Below are positions 1-9,065 of a stretch of 64,000 nucleotides of DNA, piece after piece. This DNA comes from a virus, in the IMG/VR virus record IMGVR_UViG_3300030503_000212, positions 38,493-102,492 of that record; one strand, written 5' to 3'. The notes below the pieces were generated by a model. It saw nothing but the letters and a program-made list of their open reading frames with translations. It searched no databases and was not told the DNA's origin. Position 1 is the first letter of the stretch; the number at the start of each line of letters is the position of its first letter. Both the position numbers and the translations under genes were made by a program.

Positions 1-1398
1 GATAAGGCAGTTCTTGCGCATAAGCGCATCACAATAAAGTTGCAGGAGCTGAATCGTCAGGCCGGAGATAATGCTGCCTTGCTGGGAGCTGCGCGAAATA
101 CTGTTGAATTGCACACAGCGAGTATCGAACGGTCCAAAAAGGCTAGGGTAGCAGCAAAAATCGAATTAGCTACACGCCAATCAGCTCTTAGCGTCGCCCA
201 AGATGGCTATAACAAGGCCGTGGAGAGTCTTGCTGTACTGCGGGAGCAGGTAACAGCGGCTACGGATGCGCTGAACGCAGGTGAACGGGAGAAAGCCGTT
301 ACAATAGCCCAGCTAGGGGCATGCCGGACTGAGATTAAGGCTTTGGGTACGGGCCGATGTGGTGCTTGTGATCGTCCGTTTGATAACGAAAAAATCGTGG
401 CACGCCGTAAGCGCGAGCTGGCAGCACAAGAAACTGAATGGCTAGAGAGCCTAGCCAGTTCTGACAAGGCAATCAATATCAGTCAGGCTACGATCAGTAA
501 TAATACGATTCAGATCAAAAAGTTCGAGGCAACAATAAGTACGTACGAAAGTTTGCAGCGTCACGTGCAAAACGCCACAACTGCATTAGAGTCTGTGGGG
601 ATTGGTGTTGACGTTGATACTCTGACCGCAGAGATTGCTGATGCTCAAGAAAATCTTAGTCTGTGCCGAGATCGGGGTAATGCTTTGAACTTGGAAATTG
701 AGCAGGCCCAAGAGTTGTTGCCAACATACCAGGAGCAGTTGACGATTTATACAAGACTTACAGCAGCTAAAGATGTCGAGGTCGGACAGCTTGAGGATGG
801 TCGGGTTCGTGAGCGAGCGGCGCAGGCTCGTTATGATCGGGCAGCATCGGACAAGGTTACGGTAAAAGCAACTGTCGAACGTTTGACTGGGGAGTATGAT
901 GCAGCACAAAGTCAGTTGTCATTGCTAACCAGGGCCGTAGAGTGTTTGGATCGTACAGGCATACCAGCATATCTGTGTGCCATGTTGTGCCCCATGTTGA
1001 CGAAAGCAGCTGAGGAGTATGCCAAGTTGTTTGCTGACGATGCATTGCAGATCGTGTTTGAATTCGTGGATGGTGAATTCGACAGCAAGATTATCAACGG
1101 ACAGGGCAGCAGCACGATGGAGGGGCTCTCTACGGGCGAGAAAGCCACTGCGTCACTGATTACAGCGTTTGCTCTCCGGTCAGCAGCACCTAAGACAAAT
1201 CTGTTGGTTTTGGACGAACCGGGCCGGGGACTAGACGAGCTTGGGCAACGTAAGTTTGCTGAGGCACTGGCGACACTCAAGGATAGCTTTGAGACTATTC
1301 TGGTGTCGACACATGATATTGCGTTTGCTGATTCATTATCAGCCGATGTTACACTTACTGTTGTAAAGGAAAATCGGATATCGAGGATTGAACAATGA
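1..1398 (+). CDS. SbcC/Rad50/T4 gp46-like recombination ATPase, C-terminal part (5' truncated)
   Basis: Frame 1 is open from base 1; long coiled coil, zinc-hook CGAC, ABC signature LSTGE, Walker B LLVLDEP, H-loop STHD. Confidence 0.88.
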   Translation, partial: DKAVLAHKRITIKLQELNRQAGDNAALLGAARNTVELHTASIERSKKARVAAKIELATRQSALSVAQDGYNKAVESLAVLREQVTAATDALNAGEREKAVTIAQLGACRTEIKALGTGRCGACDRPFDNEKIVARRKRELAAQETEWLESLASSDKAINISQATISNNTIQIKKFEATISTYESLQRHVQNATTALESVGIGVDVDTLTAEIADAQENLSLCRDRGNALNLEIEQAQELLPTYQEQLTIYTRLTAAKDVEVGQLEDGRVRERAAQARYDRAASDKVTVKATVERLTGEYDAAQSQLSLLTRAVECLDRTGIPAYLCAMLCPMLTKAAEEYAKLFADDALQIVFEFVDGEFDSKIINGQGSSTMEGLSTGEKATASLITAFALRSAAPKTNLLVLDEPGRGLDELGQRKFAEALATLKDSFETILVSTHDIAFADSLSADVTLTVVKENRISRIEQ

Positions 1399-1832
1399 GC
1401 AGCGCAAGACGTAAAGCCATAGTGCAGGAGTTGAGGGAACAGGGGCGTGCTGCATATGCAGCTGGTAAACGATACCAGCGTTGTCCACATCAATTCATGG
1501 ACAAGAGCCAATGGCAGCAAGGCTGGTTGGATGCCGAGGCAGAATACAACGCACAGCACGAAATGGCTGAGGCATCTGCTCAATTTGTGTTGCCTGCAAA
1601 GTATGAGCGCAAGCATCTACATCGGAAACGTGAGTATTACCGTGAGTATGTATGGAAAATCTACTACCGAATTCCAGATAAGAAATATGACGAGGACGAT
1701 ATCAATGCGGAAATTGCACTTGGTTATGAGGAGATTAAGTTCTCTGGGGAGGATGCTGAGGCTTTGTCATTAGCTGTGTATGAGGTGATGCTGAGGACTG
1801 TGAGTGATGCAACACAAATTCAAAATTCGTAA
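1395..1832 (+). CDS. hypothetical protein with N-terminal Rmf/CrpP-like motif
   Basis: 4-nt overlap with upstream stop; GRAAYAAGKRYQRCPH...WQQGW matches the G-x-x-A-x-x-x-G...CP...W-x-x-GW pattern. Confidence 0.6.
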   Translation: MSSARRKAIVQELREQGRAAYAAGKRYQRCPHQFMDKSQWQQGWLDAEAEYNAQHEMAEASAQFVLPAKYERKHLHRKREYYREYVWKIYYRIPDKKYDEDDINAEIALGYEEIKFSGEDAEALSLAVYEVMLRTVSDATQIQNS

Positions 1833-2154
1833 ACGTGTCGGATACGTGTACTCTTTACGAATAGGCGGTAGAGTACCACGCGCCATATATGTTTATTGGC
1901 AACTTTCGTACGGATCTTACGTTTGTCATAGTGATACATTTCAACAATGTTTGGCTCGTATGGAGCAAATAGTAGGAGCTGTACTGGACGGTAGGATTTC
2001 ATTTTTGGAGGTAGGGTGTCATGGGTGTTGGATTCCCAGCAACGTTGCGACTGCACGAGTTCGGACACAAGATTTATCAAGCGTTTGGCCGTTGGCCCTA
2101 TCACGTAGGATCGTCCGTCATGTTAAAGACTGGCTGGCGAGATGTCGACGTTAG
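1804..2154 (+). CDS. hypothetical protein (doubtful 3' part)
   Basis: Fills the gap between neighbours but overlaps the next ORF by about 130 nt. Confidence 0.3.
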   Translation: MMQHKFKIRKRVGYVYSLRIGGRVPRAIYVYWQLSYGSYVCHSDTFQQCLARMEQIVGAVLDGRISFLEVGCHGCWIPSNVATARVRTQDLSSVWPLALSRRIVRHVKDWLARCRR

Positions 2155-2515
2155 GCTGATGCTTGAGGATGAGCTGTATGAGTCGATGGGCTTAGGCAAT
2201 CCCAAGCGGCCTCAGAATAACGCCAAATGGTGTGCCTTATGCCAAGCGTTCAGTTCCTGGGGCCGTGAGATCACAGGACTCCCCATTGATTTCCAGATCC
2301 AGCAACTCTCGCTCGCCAATAAAGAGGAGGGTGAGAATGTTCGGAGTTTTCTGGGTTTGATACCAGAAAAGATTGATGAGGAGGCTGCTGCCCGTATAGA
2401 TGCAACACCCGGGAAATATCAGATACTGGCTGATATGCATGAGGCTGGTTGTCCCTATGCAAATGGTTCGTCGCAGGGAAATGTACACGGACCAGTGAGT
2501 GAGCATTCGTCATGA
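2021..2515 (+). CDS. minimal Pol-beta-superfamily nucleotidyltransferase-like protein
   Basis: YHVGSS...WRDVDVRLML (hGS...DxD) plus later IDFQ strand; GGAGG-like RBS upstream. Confidence 0.65.
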   Translation: MGVGFPATLRLHEFGHKIYQAFGRWPYHVGSSVMLKTGWRDVDVRLMLEDELYESMGLGNPKRPQNNAKWCALCQAFSSWGREITGLPIDFQIQQLSLANKEEGENVRSFLGLIPEKIDEEAAARIDATPGKYQILADMHEAGCPYANGSSQGNVHGPVSEHSS

Positions 2516-2706
2516 GTAAGTTGATACAGGATGAGGCCCGGGAGTTGATCGCATTTTACGATGCTCAGGGATGGGATTGGTCATCAGCTCTTGGGTTCCT
2601 GTTGACGCAACGTCTAGGAGTTACTATTGCATGGTTGAGGCCAGACGGGCGACCGATTGGCTGGAAACAGCCCCGGAGATCCAGAAAGAGTTGCATCAGG
2701 GCATAA
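2512..2706 (+). CDS. small hypothetical protein
   Basis: ATGA overlap with upstream gene. Confidence 0.5.
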   Translation: MSKLIQDEARELIAFYDAQGWDWSSALGFLLTQRLGVTIAWLRPDGRPIGWKQPRRSRKSCIRA

Positions 2707-2755
2707 GAATGTTCTATCGTGGCCCACAGCAATAAACTGTGAGGTGGACGCAACA

Positions 2756-3175
2756 ATGAATATCGTGATCGTAGGAGCCAAGGACCGATCCAGCAAAGAC
2801 GATGCAGCCGACGTAGCAGCACTTTTGAACCTACTTGAGGCTAAATACGGAGTGTTTACCGTTCTAACAATGATGGGCCATACCGGAATCGGCAAGCTGG
2901 TAAAGAATGAATCCTGTGTGCCTACGGAGGGGCGTAAACACCGTTTCCCGTTCTGCGAGGCAGATATCAGGGTCTATGCCAGTGATTTGAGCAAAGATGC
3001 CATGGCGCAGCTCTATACAGCGAGAAACGCCATGCTGTTTGAGGCCGGGGACATGTTCTTTTCGTTTCCACATCCCCAGCGCCGGGCAGTTATTGATGAG
3101 CTGATCGACAAACGGGTGATTCCGGCGAATCGTCCTTATAGGATATTCCTGCCCGGCGACGTAATAGAGGTTTGA
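2756..3175 (+). CDS. SLOG-superfamily (YspA/DUF2493-like) Rossmannoid protein
   Basis: MNIVIVGAKDR start, TGIGKL glycine motif, ARNAML motif; RBS GAGGTGG before ATG 2756. Confidence 0.55.
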   Translation: MNIVIVGAKDRSSKDDAADVAALLNLLEAKYGVFTVLTMMGHTGIGKLVKNESCVPTEGRKHRFPFCEADIRVYASDLSKDAMAQLYTARNAMLFEAGDMFFSFPHPQRRAVIDELIDKRVIPANRPYRIFLPGDVIEV

Positions 3176-3440
3176 GCTTAAAGATTTCGTTTCGCGCATC
3201 CAAGATACCCATGACCAACGCTTGATGCTCATGTGCATTGAGCGTTGTTCCTTTTAAGGAATCGGACATTCGCAAGTAGCCTCCCACACGGCGACCGGCG
3301 AGCTTGTCTAAAGCTACGTCAACCTGGGAGAGTGTACGGTTTGCACCGTTGCTGTCTCCAGCTCTGTACGCGAGATAGGCTGTGGCAGCGAGCACAGCTA
3401 GGAATGCCACCACAGTCTCTATAACGATGTAATCGATCAT
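3090..3440 (-). CDS. hypothetical protein with N-terminal TM helix
   Basis: Hydrophobic N-terminus; coupled to 3437..3778. Confidence 0.5.
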   Translation of the reverse strand: MIDYIVIETVVAFLAVLAATAYLAYRAGDSNGANRTLSQVDVALDKLAGRRVGGYLRMSDSLKGTTLNAHEHQALVMGILDARNEIFKLKPLLRRRAGISYKDDSPESPVCRSAHQ

Positions 3441-3778
3441 CTGGATAATCCTTGTCCTTGTTCCAGGGAGCCCATGAGGCTATCAAGGAAACTGTAGAAA
3501 CTACGGCGATGTTCAATGTCGGCACGTTGAGCGGGCGACAGGGGTTTGGTTGGAGCCGGTGAACAGATTTCGCCGCTACCGTCCAGCTTGATACAGCGTA
3601 CTCCATTTGAGCAGTATTGGGGCTTGCCGGTGCCGAGCTTTTCATACTGTTGAGTTCCACAGGCCGGGCAGCTATGAGCTACGGTATGGGCGCGGTCGTC
3701 GTCGGGAATAGCCTTGGGATCATGATGCCAAATGACCCCGCAGTCGTCGCATTTATGATTGTGTGGAGTGTCGAACAT
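3437..3778 (-). CDS. Cys/His-rich zinc-binding hypothetical protein
   Basis: HKCDDCG...HSCPACG motifs. Confidence 0.6.
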   Translation of the reverse strand: MFDTPHNHKCDDCGVIWHHDPKAIPDDDRAHTVAHSCPACGTQQYEKLGTGKPQYCSNGVRCIKLDGSGEICSPAPTKPLSPAQRADIEHRRSFYSFLDSLMGSLEQGQGLSR

Positions 3779-3814
3779 GAGAGCCTCCGCTCTGCACGAG
3801 ATATGGCGGTTGAC

Positions 3815-4075
3815 TTACTGTTGAGAGATACACTCACCAAGTTTTGTGAGTGCGATGCTTGCAATACTTAGATGCTCTTGGGCCGCTTTGAGATACTGTT
3901 GCATATTGATGTTTGCTTGCAGAGCGTTTTCGAGTTGTTGCTCACGCTCAGCAATACGCCATGCCAAATCTCGTTTGGTAAATTCCTCAGACGAGTCTAG
4001 CCACTCAGCACGTTGGCGTCCTGCAAAATCTAATCGTTCTGTAATCTTGGGGAGTTGAAATACCTTGACCGACAT
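3815..4075 (-). CDS. small coiled-coil hypothetical protein
   Basis: RBS-like GGAG upstream, heptad pattern. Confidence 0.55.
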   Translation of the reverse strand: MSVKVFQLPKITERLDFAGRQRAEWLDSSEEFTKRDLAWRIAEREQQLENALQANINMQQYLKAAQEHLSIASIALTKLGECISQQ

Positions 4076-4089
4076 AAGGATCTCCTGGG

Positions 4090-4287
4090 TTAGTATTTGA
4101 TTGGTTCGATGCGAACTTTTGAACCTTTGCCGAGCCCGTTGCCCTTGGTGTCAAACAAATAACCATTGACTCGGATACGACCGTTACTGGTAATGTTGCT
4201 GATAATGGCCTCTCCGAATGTCGTAGGTGTACGGTAGATGACAAGATCAGCCACGTTAACCTTAGTGCCTTTCAATGTTGACGACAT
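4090..4287 (-). CDS. small beta-rich hypothetical protein
   Basis: MSSTLKGTKVNVADLVIY... from ATG 4287 with GGAGG upstream. Confidence 0.5.
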   Translation of the reverse strand: MSSTLKGTKVNVADLVIYRTPTTFGEAIISNITSNGRIRVNGYLFDTKGNGLGKGSKVRIEPIKY

Positions 4288-4558
4288 AAGAATCCTCCAC
4301 CTCATCCAACTCCACATATTCAGCTGCATCTGCCAACATATCCTCAGAGATGCCAGCAGATTCAAAATTGACTTTCTGTTGTGCGATATGTTCATCCAGC
4401 CAGTGATGCGCCGGAGCTTGCAGGGCTTCGCAAGCTGCGATCTCTCGATTACATTCGAGGAGATCATCGAAATCACATTGAAGAGCCACGCCTCGTCTGC
4501 TTTTGGATAAGATTACTTCGCGCCGGGCAATCCAGTCTGGAAGTTTCATATCTATCAC
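4262..4558 (-). CDS. hypothetical protein
   Basis: GAGGTGA RBS; starts just downstream of a motif copy at 4579. Confidence 0.55.
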   Translation of the reverse strand: MIDMKLPDWIARREVILSKSRRGVALQCDFDDLLECNREIAACEALQAPAHHWLDEHIAQQKVNFESAGISEDMLADAAEYVELDEVEDSYVVNIERH

Positions 4559-4577
4559 CTCAATAGTAATTGGATGC

Positions 4578-4847
4578 TCAACTTACTGTTGACGATTCAA
4601 CGATGTCCTCAAGCCCCTCAAAACCGATGCACTGAAAATATGTTGCCAGCTGGGACAGGGTGAACGTTACAGTCGTTCTTGTGCGTCGAACAATGAACAG
4701 CCGAAGATCAGCCTCTCGCGAGATGCAGCGGAGTGTGTCGTCAGGTTTGATGATGGCTGTACCCGTTTTTAGGACAGATTTGGAGTTCTTAAGCCGAATC
4801 AGGTATCCAGGTGCGATAGTAGCGGCGAAGATTCTGGGAGCTGACAT
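4578..4847 (-). CDS. hypothetical protein
   Basis: GGAGG RBS; stop codon lies inside the palindromic motif at 4578-4591. Confidence 0.55.
   Translation of the reverse strand: MSAPRIFAATIAPGYLIRLKNSKSVLKTGTAIIKPDDTLRCISREADLRLFIVRRTRTTVTFTLSQLATYFQCIGFEGLEDIVESSTVS
4579..4591. promoter_or_regulatory. palindromic motif CAACTTACTGTTG (exact copies also at 5485, 7139, 7428, 34637; variants at 33985, 36782, 44198)
   Basis: Read directly; the best copies lie 10-45 bp upstream of start codons. Confidence 0.75.
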
Positions 4848-5269
4848 GGTATTGCCTCCGTATTCAGGGATGGGAAACGGGTCATACGACCGTTACCTGT
4901 AAAGCCGTGCCTGCGGTACCACGCAATGAGCTGCTCTTTTGAGAGTCGGGGTTTTGTGCTACCGAAAGGATATACAGCAAGTTCGAGGACCACTTCGTGG
5001 ATGTCGGCAAGCCTGCATAACCATTTGAGTCCGGCAGATCCAAAACCTTTCCCACGGAACACAGAACGTATGCTTTCGATCAAGATTACATCGCCGTCAC
5101 ACTGACAATCAAAAATGCAACGCATACCGCCCCAGATCCGTTCGCTATAGTCGGCTGGATTAGGAATCGTGTTGTTATGGTATTCAGCCATGAAGTTGAG
5201 AACGTTATTCGGAGTGTAGTAGTCCTCTGGCAAGAATATGGATTCGGGCTGTTGTAGTGAGATTTCCAT
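4799..5269 (-). CDS. GNAT-family acetyltransferase
   Basis: IRSVFRGKGFGS (acetyl-CoA motif A) and LIAWYRRHGF (motif B). Confidence 0.8.
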   Translation of the reverse strand: MEISLQQPESIFLPEDYYTPNNVLNFMAEYHNNTIPNPADYSERIWGGMRCIFDCQCDGDVILIESIRSVFRGKGFGSAGLKWLCRLADIHEVVLELAVYPFGSTKPRLSKEQLIAWYRRHGFTGNGRMTRFPSLNTEAIPCQLPESSPLLSHLDT

Positions 5270-5272
5270 AGA

Positions 5273-5464
5273 TCACTCACCCGAAAAGTATGGTGATAAT
5301 GCAGCCGGGGAATTGCCCAGAACAGCGTCTACCATGTGCCCAGCAGCAATGTTCAGGGCGATGTTATAGGAATGTACACGGCCAGCTTTGAGATGAGTCT
5401 TAGCGATGTACAGGAATTGGCGGGCGTATTCGTACGCGGTTATAGACTTGACAGGCATAATCAC
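5273..5464 (-). CDS. small hypothetical protein
   Basis: GAGGTGA RBS; motif copy at 5485 upstream. Confidence 0.5.
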   Translation of the reverse strand: MIMPVKSITAYEYARQFLYIAKTHLKAGRVHSYNIALNIAAGHMVDAVLGNSPAALSPYFSGE

Positions 5465-5548
5465 CTCGTATCTATGAGATGTGTCAACAGTAAGTTGGGA
5501 TGCAATAGAGTTTAGGCGCTCTATAATCTTGGTGAAAGGGGATTACAA

Positions 5549-5842
5549 ATGTCAAAAGTGTTGTCACACAAAGTCGTTAAAAACAATCCAAAGGAGGTTG
5601 AGGGTGTCGATCCTTACGATTCGTCAGAAGGTGATTATGAGGGCGACAGTAAGAATGTTGACGAGCCTAATTATCAAACACAAGCTCACATGCGGTTGCT
5701 AGAGATCGAGAAGCTGGAGGCTACCAAAGAGCGTCTGGAGGATGTGTTGCTGGAGGAATACATATATCATCAGCTCCGGTCCCAAGCACTTAAGCGCCAA
5801 CTGAACGATCTCGGTATCCAGGTGCCGGGCCAAGTCGACTAA
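5549..5842 (+). CDS. acidic coiled-coil hypothetical protein
   Basis: AAAGGGG RBS, TATAAT at 5522-5527 upstream, ends at terminator hairpin. Confidence 0.6.
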   Translation: MSKVLSHKVVKNNPKEVEGVDPYDSSEGDYEGDSKNVDEPNYQTQAHMRLLEIEKLEATKERLEDVLLEEYIYHQLRSQALKRQLNDLGIQVPGQVD

Positions 5843-5855
5843 TAATCAAAAAGAT

Positions 5856-5879
5856 GCCCCGGGTAAATTCTCCCGGGGC
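5856..5879. terminator. intrinsic terminator hairpin between convergent genes
   Basis: GCCCCGGG-8nt-CCCGGGGC perfect 8-bp stem; A-run at 5848-5852 gives a U-tract on the minus strand. Confidence 0.7.
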
Positions 5880-5921
5880 GTATTGGCAATCAAAGAAAAA
5901 GGATGTTTTGAGTGTAGCAGA

Positions 5922-6047
5922 TTACTCATCCTTTTTAGCCGGTGGGGGTGGCGGTGGCGGCAGCACTGGGGGATTGGTTGCGGGAACAGCCTTGCTCGTC
6001 TTGGGCGTATTGCGAGGTGCGGCCTTGGGTGGATATTCGTTGCTCAT
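5922..6047 (-). CDS. 41-aa Pro/Lys-rich peptide (MSNEYPPKAAPRNTPKTSKAVPATNPPVLPPPPPPPAKKDE)
   Basis: Strong RBS GAAAGGAATACCC-ATG; ends just before terminator. Confidence 0.5.
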   Translation of the reverse strand: MSNEYPPKAAPRNTPKTSKAVPATNPPVLPPPPPPPAKKDE

Positions 6048-6513
6048 GGGTATTCCTTTCGGGCGACGTATCGCCGTGGTAAGGCCGATAGTAGCAGATA
6101 GCAATGATTACCAGATTGATTAAAAAGCTGGAGTGGAAATAAAGCATAAATTGGATGTCTTTGGCGAAGTCCCAGTCCTCATAATCGTGGATCACAAGAC
6201 AGTATTTGGCGAAGGTCGCTATGGGCGTCAAGTAGAACTGAGCCAGGAGCAGGATCGCAACAGGCAGTAGGCTGCGTAGCTGTAAGCAGAACCCAATAGC
6301 GATGATGTCCAAAATAATGTCGACAAGGGTCAGGGAGTTGTACGCAGTACGCTGCACAACATAGGGTGCGTACTGATAGAGGAGCAGCAGTATTGGTACC
6401 TGCAAAATCTGTACGATCTGAATGACAGTGAAACCGCAGGCTCGTTTCCAATAGCCACGATAGATCAGCATGAACACCATGAGAGCGTCTGTGATGTATT
6501 CGATCTTGAGCAT
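5935..6513 (-). CDS. multi-pass integral membrane protein
   Basis: About 5 hydrophobic segments; RBS GAGGGG; tail overlaps peptide ORF. Confidence 0.65.
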   Translation of the reverse strand: MLKIEYITDALMVFMLIYRGYWKRACGFTVIQIVQILQVPILLLLYQYAPYVVQRTAYNSLTLVDIILDIIAIGFCLQLRSLLPVAILLLAQFYLTPIATFAKYCLVIHDYEDWDFAKDIQFMLYFHSSFLINLVIIAICYYRPYHGDTSPERNTHEQRISTQGRTSQYAQDEQGCSRNQSPSAAATATPTG

Positions 6514-6557
6514 TTAGGTTGCCCCTCGATAATTGTGTTGAGAACGGCAACAGTTTA

Positions 6558-7124
6558 TCACCGCAGTACCTTGCGCGATGGCCATTGATTGAAAAGTTTT
6601 CCGAGTTTGGATACGTTGACAATTTGTTGCGTTTTCCAAGACTGGACCGTTCCATCAGGCAGTTCGACGTTCAGAATGCTGTAGCTCCAGACGTGATCTC
6701 CGCGAAGGATAGCAGTTTTTACGTTGCCAATTTTGGTGATGAGCTTTTTGATGAATGAGTCATACTGAGCGGCGGCGTCCTCCTCCGCATACCGGATGAA
6801 CTTTGCAATGCGCTCTTGGCTGACGTCAGCATAATGTGGCTCGTGCATTCGGTAGCTGCTTTGCCGCCATTCACACAAGCCAGAAAACAGCTTGTACTTA
6901 TTGTGTGCTTCGTGCCACTTGAAATCGCTTAGGGCTTGGGTGCTTGGGTAGGGAGCGGCGATATTCAAATCGTTACCAGCTTGTTCTAGTTCTGCCGTGA
7001 CTTCAGCAATGATTTTGAGAGCCTCGATCTTGGCACGTTTTACAGCCTCGACCCGGAGCGGGAGAACAGCGATGGCAACCGGGTGGGTAGCGTCGTATTC
7101 GAGTTTGTTGATTGGCTGTTTCAT
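6558..7124 (-). CDS. phage hypothetical protein
   Basis: 188-aa clean ORF; motif copy 7139-7151 just upstream. Confidence 0.7.
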   Translation of the reverse strand: MKQPINKLEYDATHPVAIAVLPLRVEAVKRAKIEALKIIAEVTAELEQAGNDLNIAAPYPSTQALSDFKWHEAHNKYKLFSGLCEWRQSSYRMHEPHYADVSQERIAKFIRYAEEDAAAQYDSFIKKLITKIGNVKTAILRGDHVWSYSILNVELPDGTVQSWKTQQIVNVSKLGKLFNQWPSRKVLR

Positions 7125-7156
7125 ACTTATTTGATGTTCAACTTACTGTTGACGAC

Positions 7157-7399
7157 TCAATTTTCGATAATTTCTCCACAAACGTCAAAGCCATGAGCCG
7201 AGCGCTGGGCAGACTGGAACGCTATAGCTGCTTTTTTCGTTTTGAAAGCGCGTGCTCCAGCTTTTTGGACAAAGATCGTGGGCGCGTCAATGCTCGAAGT
7301 ATCGCCAGACGCGGACATTACGACGAGATGTCCGATACTTGTTTCAACGTCTCGATTGAGCATAACGGAATACTTTGCACGTGCCATTTGGAACCTCAT
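7157..7399 (-). CDS. small hypothetical protein
   Basis: GAGGT RBS; flanked on both sides by motif copies. Confidence 0.55.
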   Translation of the reverse strand: MRFQMARAKYSVMLNRDVETSIGHLVVMSASGDTSSIDAPTIFVQKAGARAFKTKKAAIAFQSAQRSAHGFDVCGEIIEN

Positions 7400-7453
7400 T
7401 TCTCAGCTACACGTATTTGATGCTCGTCAACAGTAAGTTGATTCTAGACAAAG

Positions 7454-7485
7454 AAAAGCCCGGCCTATACGAGCTCCGGGCTTTT
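7454..7485. terminator. bidirectional intrinsic terminator
   Basis: AAAAGCCCGG...CCGGGCTTTT inverted repeat downstream of the DUF932-like gene. Confidence 0.8.
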
Positions 7486-7490
7486 ATGTT

Positions 7491-8621
7491 TTAGAACGAT
7501 TCAAGCAGTTTGGCAGCAGCGTTATCGATTTTGACCCGCTCGTCGCCGTACTGAGTTTCTTGTGACGCCCGGGTCAAACCTTGGACCGTACCCCACACGC
7601 TGTGTGGGTTGCCGTCAGTAGACTCGTTCTCAGCAGCCAGCTCGTAACCGCGAGCGATGAGCTTTTGTGAGACCTGACCCCGGAGCCGTTTGAACACCTC
7701 ATCAAGCACCTCATCCTTGGTCCCACCCAGGATCGTGTTCTGGGCTGATACGATTTTGGCCTCATCCTCGGATGCCGATTCATTGGCATACTTGGTGAGT
7801 TCAGCGCTGAATGATTGGAACCGTCTGCGGATGTCTCCGACGTGGCGCAGGCTTAGCTTGGCAACGTCCTTAGCACCCCAGACTATATGATTCGAGCAAA
7901 CGAACCGGTAGAGGAAAGTGGTGATCTTGAGAGCACCAGCGCCAACCTCTGAGTTCGAGACAAAGAACCCGCGTCCAAGTCCGGCATTGTTGCCCTTTTC
8001 GGCAAGCCGGTAGTTATTGTTGACGAGGAAAGCGAACAGGTCGTGATCGGACACGTAGATGGTTTTCTCGTGTTCGCCGTTCGACTCTCCCCAGACGGGA
8101 CGGTCAGCGTGTTCGAATGCCACTGGAGTATCCCAGCCTGCATCTTTGAACGCCAACAGTCTTTCAAACACCTCATGATTCCAGATCCGCTCATAACGGT
8201 CTGAGGTGATGGCCCGGATAACCTGCTTGCCATTGCTGTGAGCCAGAATGTTGACCGACCCGTTTTCGGGATTGGGGTTGTTGGCGGTCCCGAACTTAGC
8301 AGCAAGGCCGTGGTTGAGGTTCTGGACTGCCAAGGTGGCCGGAAGCTCCCTGAGGTAGCCAGCAGGAGCACCAATGCGGCTTGCAAGCTGCCCAAAGGCG
8401 AAGTGTGTAAGGTCTGTGGGGATGCCACCACGACCGACAAGTTTTACCTCGTCGTCAATGGCTTGAGCACGAATCGTCGAAGGATCGATGTCCTTACGTT
8501 CGGCTGAGTTGTGGGCATAATGAAGGGCTTGATCGTATGCCGTCTGGATGTCGTTGTAACGTTCATCAGCGGGGCGATTCGCCCATTGGCGGGATGCTGC
8601 AAAGAGTTCCATACTGTTCAC
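7491..8621 (-). CDS. DUF932-family protein
   Basis: RAITSDRYERIWNHEV, YVSDHDLFAFL, GFFVSNSEVGAG, FLYRFVCSNHIVWG, WGTVQGLTR motifs typical of DUF932-like phage proteins. Confidence 0.75.
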   Translation of the reverse strand: MNSMELFAASRQWANRPADERYNDIQTAYDQALHYAHNSAERKDIDPSTIRAQAIDDEVKLVGRGGIPTDLTHFAFGQLASRIGAPAGYLRELPATLAVQNLNHGLAAKFGTANNPNPENGSVNILAHSNGKQVIRAITSDRYERIWNHEVFERLLAFKDAGWDTPVAFEHADRPVWGESNGEHEKTIYVSDHDLFAFLVNNNYRLAEKGNNAGLGRGFFVSNSEVGAGALKITTFLYRFVCSNHIVWGAKDVAKLSLRHVGDIRRRFQSFSAELTKYANESASEDEAKIVSAQNTILGGTKDEVLDEVFKRLRGQVSQKLIARGYELAAENESTDGNPHSVWGTVQGLTRASQETQYGDERVKIDNAAAKLLESF

Positions 8622-8710
8622 CTCTGTCCGACTGTGCCTTTGATCGTGCTTGGCAACCGTGGATATCTATAAGATACATCTACGAGGAAAAGGATTCAAC
8701 TTTCTGTTGA

Positions 8711-9034
8711 TTAGACGTGATTCTGTATAAACCCAATGAATTCCAGATCCGTAGCAGGATCAGCAAACGCAACACCGTTGGGCAAGTGATAGAGCTTGCT
8801 GGCTTTGAGCACGACCACTACACCATTCGAGGTGTGGATGATGAGATCGCCTTTGAAATGTTCACCACCTTGAGCAAACAAAGCGTTTTGGAGAACGTAG
8901 ACGTGTCTATGGGGCTTGTCGTGCGATCTACTGCATTCCGTACCAATGATGACGTTGTCAATCTGGAGCACGTGCTCAGCAGCCTCACTAATTTTCAGGT
9001 GGGTTACGGTTTTGAATGACATATGAACCTCCAA
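8711..9034 (-). CDS. hypothetical protein
   Basis: First gene of the leftward block, next to the divergent junction. Confidence 0.55.
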   Translation of the reverse strand: MEVHMSFKTVTHLKISEAAEHVLQIDNVIIGTECSRSHDKPHRHVYVLQNALFAQGGEHFKGDLIIHTSNGVVVVLKASKLYHLPNGVAFADPATDLEFIGFIQNHV

Positions 9035-9065
9035 TCAGTCAGATGCTTTCGATGGGAGAAGGACT

